The notes below the pieces were generated by a model. The model was not told the origin of the DNA, ran no database searches, and saw only the letters and a program-made list of their open reading frames with translations. Below are positions 51,591 through 63,963 of a stretch of 64,000 nucleotides of DNA, in pieces. Each line of letters begins with the position of its first letter. Within the stretch, counting starts at the first letter, position 1. A program made the translations under genes and the position numbers. Origin of the DNA: Octopus bimaculoides (taxonomy: Eukaryota); assembly GCF_001194135.2 (NCBI RefSeq), contig NC_068995.1, forward strand, positions 54,229,290 to 54,293,289, read 5' to 3'.

Positions 51591-51825
51591 CTGTGTTCAA
51601 CTGTGTTAGCAGTGCTATTACATCACCTACTGTAGGTCTCTAGAAATATAATTATTAGGTGTGAGGCATTATGATATGAGAAAAAACAATTATAAAGAAA
51701 CGTCAATGATCATGACTTGATTTCGAGATACGTAGTGTCATTTTGATAATAAATATTTCTAATTTAAACCCAAAACCAGCAATTTACTACAATACGTGAG
51801 TGGTATTTAATTTAATCAAACATAA

Positions 51826-51900
51826 GGGTGCATGAATTACCTTCGGCTGGATTTGAACTCAAATCGTACAAACCGTAAAATACCACAAGGTATTTAAGTG
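51826..51900 (-). mobile_element. SINE family A-like fragment
   Basis: ttcggctggatttgaactcaaatcgta...aaatacc.caag.tattt resembles the reverse-complement B-box region. Confidence 0.45.
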
Positions 51901-54900
51901 ATTAAAAACATGTGTATAGTATTTATGTTACGAAAGTAAAATAAATAAAAGGAAATGCTAACTCATGCATCTATACATTTTAATTGCGCAGTTCCTTTGC
52001 GCCTTCGATGTCTCTCCACACATTTGCATCTTGTTTTTTAGACTTCGATTACAAAATTTCCGGTATTGCGCAACATTATAGATAGAGGAATAATAGCGTC
52101 GATAGAAGGTCATTTGTTCCATGGTTCTGAGTAAAAATTAATTACTCTAAAGGTTTCTGAGTAGAGCCAAATCGTCTGAGTACGGATGTTAACCTTACCC
52201 TTCATCCAATGGATTGATATAGTTCCAATTTAGGAAGGCAGAGTTTATAGAAGATTGGATGAGATAGCATGTAGTATCCCATCCTGCTGTTTTGCTTTTT
52301 GATTTCAAATAACTCCTAGGCATTCAATAAAACCAATTAACGTATCATATCCTATCATGCAATGAGCGAAATCATCAGGACTAAAGCATCATAAAAGTGA
52401 TTTGTGACATCTGTAACAATTTGTAATCGAGCAGCACTTCAATCATCCGAGCATAGTAATGGACAGCTACATGGGATTTCAAGAAGGAGGACAGTGGTAT
52501 CGAACTTGCGATGTCCATCTATTCTACAGTAACTCATCTGCGAATGTCCGAGGGATGTCAGAATTTAAAAAGCATTCTCTGAATAAAGGAAACGCAGTCA
52601 CCGACGCCAAAGGCAATGTTGTCCATGGCAGAAAACAATGCAATCAACAACAAAAGACTGCATGTATTTATGGTTTCCTCCTGGTAATATCATCTCGGAA
52701 TAGATTGATGAGCTTAGTAATAATATTGTTTTTGATCATTTTCATTTTATTGTTGATGTCATAGTCTTTCACATACTTGTTTCTATTGTTGATAAGCATT
52801 AGACATTTTCTTTCTTGATATCAGGTATCCTTTTGTCACTTCTTTTGTTCTTGCTGTTATTGTGGCTGTCGTCTTTTTTTTTTTCTGATTACAATATCGT
52901 GCTTTTCCCAACGGTAGTGTAGACGGCATGTCTCGATAATTTGAGAGTACATACCATTGTTTTGAGGGAAAAAAATCTGCATAAGCGTAAAACATTTACT
53001 TATACATCTTTTTATTTTATTTATTTTGTTGGTCCGCTCAATAAATGCTATGTATTCTCGCTCAAGTCTCAATTGATGCAGTATGTAGTTTTCCTTTACT
53101 TGTTTGATATATTTTTCCTGTATGTATTCCTTTGTTTTGGATTCACATTTGTAAAATAGAAAGAAAAGAAAAGAACAATGTTTCTTTTTCTCTCCTTTCT
53201 CAACTGGAATTTATTCTGAAGCATTTGCGATTTGATGCTAGGAAAATCTGTATTATAAGAATCTACAACAATGCTATAATAGAACTGTAAGCATAGAGTA
53301 CAATTCCAAACGAAAAATACCATTATTTTACTTGAAATTGGAAGGATGTTGCGGAAAGATTGTAAATCTAAATAACCATGATATTATAGTCATCTATAAG
53401 ACAGTGAGTGACAGAAACAGTATTTAGGTACGAATCTTTATTTCATGGTTTATACAAAGTTGTAGAGTGCCTTTTAAATAGCAGGAGCAGAATGTGCAAA
53501 TAATGGCACTTGTAGAGGAAGGCTTTCGACGAGAAAAATGTTAAATTCTTAATCTTACTAACTCATATATTTGGAAATTATATTAAATCATGTTTCGTTT
53601 TCAGTACGTGTTTTTAATTACTTTTTCAGCGAAGGGATTTGAAGTTGGACGCAGGCGAATATTTGGTTGCGAGAAAAAGGGCCCTAACTAGGTTTTAGAT
53701 GCTTGAAAAATAGTATGCTGCGCTTTTCTCTTCCAGTGTTTGCAAGAATAAGAGAGGATACGTTTGTAAAGTCAGACACAAACATTATAAACACGTATTC
53801 AGTTATGATTTATAAGTTGCATGGCGTAACTCTTACGCGTTTGCTAAGAGGGACATGACAGGAAAATTAATTAAATATAACTAGCGTGGGATGCAAAAAC
53901 CACGAACTCATATTGTTAGGCTTTCCCTTGATTTATTTTATTCAGGTAACACTCACATATTTTAGGAAGCAACCAATATATTGGCTGCTACATGGGGCAC
54001 CAATAGCCATGCCTGCGAAAACTGACTCACCAGTAAAGACCGCTTTGTTAAAACCTTAAATTTGAAAGATATTTCAGGCTGTATCATCCGTTATATTATC
54101 AATTTCAAGATGTTCATTTTCAATTCAGGCGATATTACATGACTTCAGGGAGACTTGGTTGATATTCTTAACAACACTTTGAAGGCTTCCGTAGAGAATA
54201 ATCACTTGATTCACAGCATGTGTCAAACAACTGAAACTTTACGCTGAATTATAGAGTTTGAGTGCTAGAAATATTTATCAGTAGGAATGTATTTGTCGAG
54301 TCATATAATTTGATAAGTTTATAATGAACGGTTTTTAGTTTGAAGCAATTGATCTGAATATTAACTTAAAAGCAAACGGGATCTCTGTTATAAAATGTAG
54401 AAACCAGGGCTTTGTTGTCGTTTACATTACAATTTATATGAGTTATGATCATATTATAAATATATCAAGGAAGCTAAGTGGGAATATGATACTCAGAATC
54501 AGAGTAATGTTGGAATTTGTGCGTGAGAGTAATTCAAAGGAACATAGCAATAAACACATTCAAGTTATTGAGCCATGTGCAAATGAAAATCACCGTCGAC
54601 GTTTTGAATATGAAGCTTTTATCAAAACAGAGAACAAACTGAAAAAAGTGAAATGTAATAAAATGTTGCAAATGTGTTATACAAAAGTTATGGTTGGTAT
54701 AATGAGAAGTACGTAGTTATGCAGAGTTCGGTTTACGCCATTGTGCGTATAATAGGAATGAAGACATATAGAATGAAATATCTTTACTGTCAAATTTCCC
54801 TTTATCCTTAGATTTAGCTTTAATAATGGAGACGATAATGGGATAACTAAATAAAAGCATTAATCCTACAGTGTGCTAATCTCTTCAAGAAATGTTTGAA

Positions 54901-56294
54901 ACCCTGTTTTATAATGACTTTTTAAATTACATTAAAGTAATTAGTTATGAGGAAAAACGCTCGTTGCATGTAATTTGCCTTTGAAAAGTATTCGTTAAAT
55001 GGTTACACATTTCGGAATGGAAGATTCATATCACATTAATATTTTGGCTTACAATGTCAAAATTAACAAAATAAAAATGAACTTTAAATGTCATCATAAT
55101 CATTTGAGAGATCCATTATTTAATTATCTTGTTTGATTCAGTTCCAATTTTACGGTTTTCTCCCCCGCAATGATTACAGAAATAATGTTTTAATTCTCAT
55201 TAGAATGATTTTTTACAGCAGTTATCTTTTTACATTCTATCAACACGATAGGCTTTAATACCATCAATATTTGTAGTGGTCCTACTGATTGATATTTTGT
55301 TAAATAAATTTTAAAAACTTTATTACAAACATTTTTCATTCTTTCAAATCTCGTGTACTTATTTATTTCTTTCGTCTACATATTCAATAACTCCAATAAA
55401 AATAAAACACGTTTTTTAATGAAATGACATATAGGCGATTCACTCGGTATATTAAAAGAACTTCTTTCATAAACGATGCCGTGATAAATATACTAAAAAA
55501 AATCAATGTTTGTGCTATTTGAACATTTTCTCCACTACTACAAGCACGCCTACTTGTTGGAAAATATTTTAGATTACATTTTACTATTCACACACGCATA
55601 GATTATAAACCAGAACAGTAAAATGTTGTGTATTACAAATACATCAATTTTGTAATATTGTTTATATAGACCATCGCGCCGCGTATACATTCAGTGTCAT
55701 TCTACGTTGCCGTAACATATACCCTCACGGACGAAAGTGAGACTTTATGAAGTGTAAAACGAAAATTTAATATACTTGCTAATGATATCTTATAAACGGT
55801 GCAATATAAGTTCAAAGACTTACCGGTAATATACACAAACGCATACAACAAGACATCCGTTGAGTTTCTAGTATTTGTGCTTGTATTGCTGTGCCTAATA
55901 CACGTCAGGAAGAGCTGTAACACTTGGTAACTTATAATCCTTGTTCTCCCATTTATTCTCTTTTTTATAACAATATTCTATTATGAACAACGAGGACTGA
56001 AACATACATTTCAGCAGTGCGACTGCATCAAAACTTTGGCCCTCTAAAATCCAAGCATTGCATATGTTTTCTGATTGCATCAGCGTAAGACTAAAGGCAG
56101 GACAAAAAAAAAAAACGGATTTGGAGAGCAATTTTCTCATGCCTACGAACAAGGCTTAAGAAAGTATTTGTCAATGAGTATTGGTCTTTCAAATTAAAGT
56201 CATTACGCTGCTAATTTTAATTTGAAAAATTGATAGATAACTGGAGAAATTCTCCTTTGTATGAAGCATTCATTATTATTATTATTAGTATTCC

Positions 56295-56463
56295 TGGCAG
56301 AATTGTTAGCACGACGCAGGAAATGCTTATTTTGCTCGTTACTATGTTCTTAGTTCAAATTCGCCCAGTGATACTTTGCCTTTCGTACCTTCGGCGTCAA
56401 TAAATTAAGTAGCAGTGAAACACTTGGGTCGACGTAATCGACTAGTCCCCACTTGAGGCCTCG
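56295..56463 (+). mobile_element. SINE family A, degenerate
   Basis: ctggcagaattgttagcacg...gttcaaattcg...actttgcctttc...taaattaagtagcagtgaaacacttgggtcgacgtaatcgactagtcccc. Confidence 0.8.
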
Positions 56464-56699
56464 CTACAACATTTTTGGTCTGACACCCAGGAAATTATGA
56501 AACACACCTGAAATTTTAATTAGATTTGCTGCTCCATTGCTACTATTGTACCGCATGAAATTACACTGTAAGTAATGAGCTGAAAACCTACATTAAAGAA
56601 TTTAAGTATTTATTGATGTTGAAAGTGGATTTTAGTTATTGTAGCTGTCAGTTAATCTTAGCTCAGTCCGGCTTGAATATACGTAATATTATGTTTGAC

Positions 56700-56890
56700 T
56701 CCAGGCATGAGGCCCGAAATTTTGCAGGAGTGGGCCCATCGTTTAGCTCTACACCAGGATGAAAGGCATATTGCCAGGGTGAAAAGCAAATTCGACCTTG
56801 GCGGAATTTTAACTCAGAACGTAAAGACAGACGATAATACCGCTAAGTATTTCGCCCGGTGTGCTAACGTTTCTACCAGCTCGTCGCCTT
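56700..56890 (-). mobile_element. SINE family A with rearranged core
   Basis: aggcatgaggcccgaaatttt...ggatgaaaggc...gggtgaaaagcaaattcgaccttggcggaattttaactcagaacgtaaagacagacg...ctcgtcgcctt; the aaaggc motif appears duplicated. Confidence 0.85.
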
Positions 56891-57199
56891 CAAATATATG
56901 TAATACTAAAACTGTTTCGTTTGCGACATGAATGCAGATCATTTGAAACGTTCATAAATGACATAAATGATATCTTAGGTGCACGAAGCCCACCGTTGAA
57001 AATGGTACCTATATTTTATTTGTACGCTCTGGCATTTACATACCATTGACATCTTCATTGCCTGCACTCACCAGTCGCTTCGACTGATACGACCTGTGTC
57101 GCAGTTTTAGTGATAGCACACGGAGAAAGGGACTATATTACTTACCAATCAAGCGACTGCATTCATGTTACTTGTGTATGGAAATTAGGAAGAGGAAGC

Positions 57200-57450
57200 T
57201 ATTTATTTATTCATTTATTGCCCACAGGTGGAGTGGGGTTAAACATAGAGAAGACAAAGAAAGACAGACAGAGATTAAATCGATTAGATCGACTCCAGTG
57301 CGCAACTAAATACTTATTTAATCGACTTCGAAAGAATGAACGGCAAAGTCGACCTCGGCGGAATTTGAACGCAGAACGTAACGGCAGACGAAATACAAGT
57401 AAGCATTTCGCCCGGCGTGCTAACGAATCTGCTAGCTTGCCGTCCTTGAG
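57200..57450 (-). mobile_element. SINE family A variant with a different 3' tail ending AATAAA-(TAAA)n
   Basis: 57280-57450 matches the family A head and core. 57200-57279 is an unrelated tail (reverse complement ...tttgtcttctctatgtttaacccc...ctgtgggcaataaatgaataaataaat). Confidence 0.85.
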
Positions 57451-58849
57451 GAAGTCTTTTATTACGGACGAGAGACAAGGGACAGGTTATTTATCATATA
57501 CACTGCATATCGAGACGCGATCGCATCCGCTGAAAAACAACATTAGAAAATTGCAAAGAAAAAAATGCCTCGTTCGATACCTCCATATTTGTAGAAAGTT
57601 GTCTTCCATTTAAGTTCTGATATTTTGCTGGAGTTTCTTTTCTTTTTTCATAAGAGCATGGGTNNNNNNNNNNNNNNNNNNNNNNNNNNNNNNNNNNNNN
57701 NNNNNNNNNNNNNNNNNNNNNNNNNNNNNNNNNNNNNNNNNNNNNNNNNNNNNNNNNNNNNNNNNNNNNNNNNNNNNNNNNNNNNNNNNNNNNNNNNNNN
57801 NNNNNNNNNNNNNNNNNNNNNNNNNNNNNNNNNNNNNNNNNNNNNNNNNNNNNNNNNNNNNNNNNNNNNNNNNNNNNNNNNNNNNNNNNNNNNNNNNNNN
57901 NNNNNNNNNNNNNNNNNNNNNNNNNNNNNNNNNNNNNNNNNNNNNNNNNNNNNNNNNNNNNNNNNNNNNNNNNNNNNNNNNNNNNNNNNNNNNNNNNNNN
58001 NNNNNNNNNNNNNNNNNNNNNNNNNNNNNNNNNNNNNNNNNNNNNNNNNNNNNNNNNNNNNNNNNNNNNNNNNNNNNNNNNNNNNNNNNNNNNNNNNNNN
58101 NNNNNNNNNNNNNNNNNNNNNNNNNNNNNNNNNNNNNNNNNNNNNNNNNNNNNNNNNNNNNNNNNNNNNNNNNNNNNNNNNNNNNNNNNNNNNNNNNNNN
58201 NNNNNNTATATATATATATATATATATATATGAGTGTGCGTGTGTGTATGCCAATGTGCGGAGTGTGTGTGGAATGCATGTGCTGGTATGTGTGTTATAT
58301 ATTAATATCTGTACTTTTGTGTTTGTAAGTATGATTATTCTTAATTGTAAAATATTCATCATCTAACATACAAGATTTAATGCGTTCCGTTATTCACTGT
58401 TTCAGCCTTTTAGCTATGGACTCTCTTCAGAAAGTATCATCATATAGACTCTATTTCCTTCTCTCAGTACGTTGATAGTCAGCTTTCAGGCATTATTACT
58501 TTTATATTCTACACAAGTACACATATAGGTACACACACAGCCTAACATTTGCGTTTGCTAGCTCTCACCATGTATGCATGCATAAAAGTACACCATTAGT
58601 CTTCGCATATAAACACGCATATTTATAACTTTTGTAGAAGCCCACGCGTTTCGACACACATCAATCGAGTATTTAGTTGGCTTAATCCAATATTCTGGAA
58701 ATTCTACTTTCTTTCAACATACTAATAAAGAAATATCTTCAACTAAAGTGGTATAATATTTCTTAGTCGAAATTGAAATCTAGGATTATTTCCATGTTCT
58801 CTATTGTAATATTTATGTATTTTAGGCTAATTTTGTTACATTTCTACAG

Positions 58850-58896
58850 CTCAAATTCAGCTGCTCATATTGGGATTATGTACAATTTCATGAAGG
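58850..58896 (+). CDS. Candidate 47-nt exon (LKFSCSYWDYVQFHEG, or SNSAAHIGIMYNFMK)
   Basis: Branch-like ctaat plus tttgttacatttctacag|, donor AGG|gtaata, two open frames. Confidence 0.22.
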
Positions 58897-60639
58897 GTAA
58901 TAAATGCCTAACGTTTGCCTCAATCCAAGATTTTATTATGCTCATTAAGTGACATAGTATATAATACTACATCAAATTTAACCCCATATGTGTTGACGTA
59001 AATTTCCGTGCGATCTGTACTCACTTTGAATCAGATGACGAAGAAATACGCAGCCCTATCTGTTGTACCTACTTGTGTACTATTAGATATAAATATCCAC
59101 TATAACTCATGGATGCGATAATAGAGGCGACCGTGCAAATTTCAAGGAAACTGATGGGTTTGTTAGACTCTTCATGTAAATGTTTCCAACTCTGTTTGAG
59201 ACTTCATCGCCATGATATCAATGCAGTTTTTTTTTGTGGTTAAACACACACATACCCACATATATATATTTATATATGTGTGTGTGTGTGTTTATATATA
59301 TATATATATATATATACGTATGTGTATGTGTATGCGTGCGTGTATCTGTGTGTGTAAGCGCCGCGTATGTGCATACGTCTAAGTACATGATGATTATATT
59401 CCATAATAGGTATGTTGCAATAAACTTAGTGTTTGTAGTAACAGTTAATTATGAATGATTTGGTTAGTTGTTTTCTGAAAAAAGAAAAGATAAAATGACG
59501 CGGCAAATATCTTGAGATAATACATCACTTTACTAACGCAAATTCAAGTGTGAAATTTAGTTAGAAATGAAATGAGCTAGTGTTTGTGGTGTGTGTGGTC
59601 AATGTGCGTGTTCGCCTACTTGTCTGCCTGTCTGTCTGTCTCGCTGCCTCTCATTGTGTCAGTTTGTCTCTCTGTATATATATATATATNNNNNNNNNNN
59701 NNNNNNNNNNNNNNNNNNNNNNNNNNNNNNNNNNNNNNNNNNNNNNNNNNNNNNNNNNNNNNNNNNNNNNNNNNNNNNNNNNNNNNNNNNNNNNNNNNNN
59801 NNNNNNNNNNNNNNNNNNNNNNNNNNNNNNNNNNNNNNNNNNNNNNNNNNNNNNNNNNNNNNNNNNNNNNNNNNNNNNNNNNNNNNNNNNNNNNNNNNNN
59901 NNNNNNNNNNNNNNNNNNNNNNNNNNNNNNNNNNNNNNNNNNNNNNNNNNNNNNNNNNNNNNNNNNNNNNNNNNNNNNNNNNNNNNNNNNNNNNNNNNNN
60001 NNNNNNNNNNNNNNNNNNNNNNNNNNNNNNNNNNNNNNNNNNNNNNNNNNNNNNNNNNNNNNNNNNNNNNNNNNNNNNNNNNNNNNNNNNNNNNNNNNNN
60101 NNNNNNNNNNNNNNNNNNNNNNNNNNNNNNNNNNNNNNNNNNNNNNNNNNNNNNNNNNNNNNNNNNNNNNNNNNNNNNNNNNNNNNNNNNNNNNNNNNNN
60201 NNNNNNNNNNNNNNNNNNNNNNNNNNNNNNNNNNNNNNNNNNNNNNNNNNNNNNNNNNNNNNNNNNNNNNNNNNNNNNNNNNNNNNNNNNNNNNNNNNNN
60301 NNNNNNNNNNNNNNNNNNNNNNNNNNNNNNNNNNNNNNNNNNNNNNNNNNNNNNNNNNNNNNNNNNNNNNNNNNNNNNNNNNNNNNNNNNNNNNNNNNNN
60401 NNNNNNNNNNNNNNNNNNNNNNNNNNNNNNNNNNNNNNNNNNNNNNNNNNNNNNNNNNNNNNNNNNNNNNNNNNNNNNNNNNNNNNNNNNNNNNNNNNNN
60501 NNNNNNNNNNNNNNNNNNNNNNNNNNNNNNNNNNNNNNNNNNNNNNNNNNNNNNNNNNNNNNNNNNNNNNNNNNNNNNNNNATATACATACATACACACC
60601 TTTTTAAAGGCTTTCGTCTTGTTATCGCGCCTGATGGTG

Positions 60640-60720
60640 TTGTAGGTGTACAACTCGACGGCAGAACTTATTCTTTGTAATCGTAGTACTTATTCTATCG
60701 GTTCCTTTTCGCACGCTGTG
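60640..60720 (-). mobile_element. Fragment of SINE family C 3' half
   Basis: Reverse complement ccgatagaataagtactacgattacaaagaataagttctgccgtcgag; related to 25950-26010 and to the family A core. Confidence 0.5.
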
Positions 60721-60897
60721 GGACTAAACCTGGATTCATTTTTTGGGGAAAGAAGCTTCTCACTGTACACCCACGCCTGCGCCTATATACATATATACAC
60801 AGGGACAACTGTACGCAATCACGCAAAAATGCGCGCACGAACATTCGCACGCACGTACGCACGTACGCACACACATATACACAGAAACACAAACATT

Positions 60898-60929
<32 letters not shown>

Positions 60930-62037
60930 ATGTGATGTGTGCGTGTGCGTGTGTGTGTGTGTGTGGTTGTGTGTGTATACATACGAGTGAGTACTGAAAG
61001 TTTTGTGAGATTAAGAGTATAGAGAAAGGCGTCGTTCGTTTGCAGAGTTTAGAAAATATGAAGGATCACTTCAATAATTGTGTAAATTTCATAAGAGAAT
61101 ATGTTGAATAAAATCATAATTAACTGAATTTCCTGTATTTCATTTTACCAACAGAAAGGAACTTTTCAGTACCCAATAGTAGATTGATTCATATGTATGT
61201 GTGTGCGTGCGTGTGTGTCTCTGTCACCTTATTTCTTCAATTGTAGAAAATTAAATGGTAAAGGAATTGCACGCATCTTAGGAAGTCTTCGACAGTTTTC
61301 GCTTCATGTTATAATTGCGAAATATAGATCACGCAATACACCTTTTTCCTCTACACCTATGTGACAAAACAAAAATCAATAGTGAGCATTTTGCAAAAGA
61401 CAAAGACAAGCTGAAAAAGTGTATTTACACTGACACTTACATGTGCACATTGAACTTCCGGAAAATTGTTATAAGGCTTATGTAAACTATATAAAAAGAA
61501 AACATGAGTCAGCAAGTTATCAATGGCACATTACTTTAATAGATTCCATTGATTTCTATTTACCATATTCCAGGATTATGGACATTAAACATTATAGACC
61601 GGAAATACAAATAATTAGGATGAAACAAGAATCGAGTATTTCGCCTCAATACAGTTGAACTGAAATTACGTTTAGTACAGACTAATTTGCTATGGTATAA
61701 ATCATTTGTACGCTGCTGCAGACGTTTGCTCGGTGATATATAAGTGTGAAAGCATTTTAGCTATTATATATACAATAAATTGGTCTATTTTGAAGATGGG
61801 TCTTTTGTCACTGTCTCTTCACAAATACGAATTTACAGAAAAGCTTCCACTAAGCAATTGGATTCAATATTACGGGAATATAAACTACACATTTATATAT
61901 ATNNNNNNNNNNNNNNNNNNNNNNNNNNNNNNNNNNNNNNNNNNNNNNNNNNNNNNNNNNNNNNNNNNNNNNNNNNNNNNNNNNNNNNNNNNNNNNNNNN
62001 NNNNNNNNNNNNNNNNNNNNNNNNNNNNNNNNNNNNN

Positions 62038-62071
<34 letters not shown>

Positions 62072-62074
<3 letters not shown>

Positions 62075-62090
62075 GAGGCGCAATGACCCA
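62072..62090 (+). mobile_element. 19-nt 5' stub of SINE family B inside (TA)n
   Basis: GTGGAGGCGCAATGACCCA versus GTGGAGGTGCAATGGCCCA at 62348. Confidence 0.7.
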
Positions 62091-62347
62091 TAGATAGATA
62101 TGTGTGTGTGACTATGTCTGTCTGTCTGTCCGTCTGTGGTTGCTCGCATAAGTTTGTTCGTATATCTATATGCACGTGTATGTGTGTGCTTTTAAGTACT
62201 GTAGAGCATATAAATATGGCCTAATGGTTGTGTTCATGCATGAAATCTTGAAATAAATGCCAGTAACACACAGACACACGTGTATATACATATATATATA
62301 TATATACGCATATATATATGTGTGTGTGTGTGTGTGTATGTATGTGC

Positions 62348-62737
62348 GTGGAGGTGCAATGGCCCAGTGGTTAGTACAGCGGACTCTCAGATGCAGGATT
62401 GCGGTCTCAATTCCCAGGCCGGGATTTGTGAGTTTTTATTAAGCAAAAAAAACAAAAAACACCTAAAGCCCCACGAGGCTCCCGTAGGGGCTGGTGGAAA
62501 AGCCTTCTGTACTCTTTCACCACAACATTCTCTCATTCTTTCGTCTTGTTTCTGTTGTACTTGCATATCAAAGTCCAGCGTTGTCACATCTCTGTGTCAC
62601 GCTGAATCTCCCCGAGGACTAAGTTAAAAGTACACGTTTCTGTAGAGTGCTCAGCCATGTGTACGTTAATTTCACGAGCAGGTAGTTCCGTTGATCGGAT
62701 CAACTGGAACCCTTTTCGTCGTAACCGACAGAGTGCT
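62348..62737 (+). mobile_element. Full-length tRNA-derived SINE family B (~390 bp)
   Basis: A box TGGCCCAGTGG and B-box-like GTCTCAATTCCC. The body ends in a terminal stem-loop gttcc-gttgatc-g-gatcaac-t-ggaac. Microsatellites flank both sides. Confidence 0.88.
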
Positions 62738-62738
62738 A

Positions 62739-62786
<48 letters not shown>

Positions 62787-62791
<5 letters not shown>

Positions 62792-63290
62792 TAGCCTGAA
62801 TAGGAAACTAGAATGGAACGCTAACACACACCACTAACAAACCACAAACCACAACATGTGACATGTTACCCATAAACCAATAATAATATGAACAAAATAT
62901 AATACAATACAAAGATAAACAAATGGAATTAAATACTACATACGTTAACAAAATTTAATTAAACACAAAAAAAGACAGTAGATAAAAAAATATTAAAAAA
63001 ACACACACACACATGAACAAATAAATAAATAAGAACAAATACAAACGAACACGTATTAACAGAGTATATAGGTGATACAGACACTCCCCATACACACACA
63101 TGCACTTACAAAAGACATAGACACATTGAAGGACACGCATGCGTAGACACATACAATAGGAATACAAAATACAAAATGGCTGATAGTTAGCAAGGTGAGA
63201 CACACCTAAGAAAGAAGGAAACAAAGGACCACTGATGAGGTCACAGAAGTGTGACGAAAGAACTCTGGCCGAAATAAGATTAAGATTAAT
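62787..63290 (+). mobile_element. 3' end of a Penelope-like element (end of GIY-YIG ORF, A/C-rich UTR, hammerhead motif)
   Basis: 62787-62837 reads KPSLNRKLEWNANTHH*, resembling the terminal KP.LN motif of Penelope endonucleases. It is followed ~400 bp later by a hammerhead core. Confidence 0.65.
63226..63270 (+). ncRNA. Minimal type I hammerhead ribozyme motif, probably slightly decayed
   Basis: Stem I ggacca / CUGAUGA (63232-63238) / G + stem II gtcaca-gaag-tgtgac / GAAA (63256-63259) / minimal stem III g-aa-c / UC cleavage site (63264-63265) / stem I tggcc. Confidence 0.7.
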
Positions 63291-63963
63291 GTAATATAAA
63301 GCTGAAGCAAATTAACACCAAATATACNNNNNNNNNNNNNNNNNNNNNNNNNNNNNNNNNNNNNNNNNNNNNNNNNNNNNNNNNNNNNNNNNNNNNNNNN
63401 NNNNNNNNNNNNNNNNNNNNNNNNNNNNNNNNNNNNNNNNNNNNNNNNNNNNNNNNNNNNNNNNNTATATATATATATATATACATATATATATGGTTAT
63501 TTGTGTGTGTACATTTATTAAATTGCTGTAAACGTAAGTCTTCTGTAAATATTTAGTTAAATGCAGATATAATTATGAATGCGACAACGTAGATCTCTAT
63601 AAAATTGATTAAATTTTTAAGCAAAGAAAGCTATGCAAACTTTGCAGTATTAAATAGGATATAGGTAGTTAGCTGGGAGGAAATAGTTATTTGATATTCT
63701 TACAGTATCTTGTTTTCTCTGTCCATAATTGCGAACTGATAATGTATATGAAGTATGATGTAGTGAAAAGTTTACAAAGAAACAATATGGGCATATATAT
63801 ACGTGCTTTGAAATATACATTCATATACATATGAATGTAAACACACACACATACATATGTATATGTAAATGTATATACTCACACAAACAACTACACATAT
63901 GTTCACACAAACACACATATATATATACAAACACTTGTGCATGTATATATGCGTGTATCTGTG

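Noticed and set aside
52459-52764. 101-aa ORF with hydrophobic C-terminus
   Set aside because: The apparent TM segment comes from T-rich low complexity; no family motif or splice support.
30715-63486. Long ORFs filled with X (e.g. 30715-31791, 41775-42839, 45299-46359, 59580-60680)
   Set aside because: They are artefacts of N runs plus stop-free (TA)n/(TG)n repeats.
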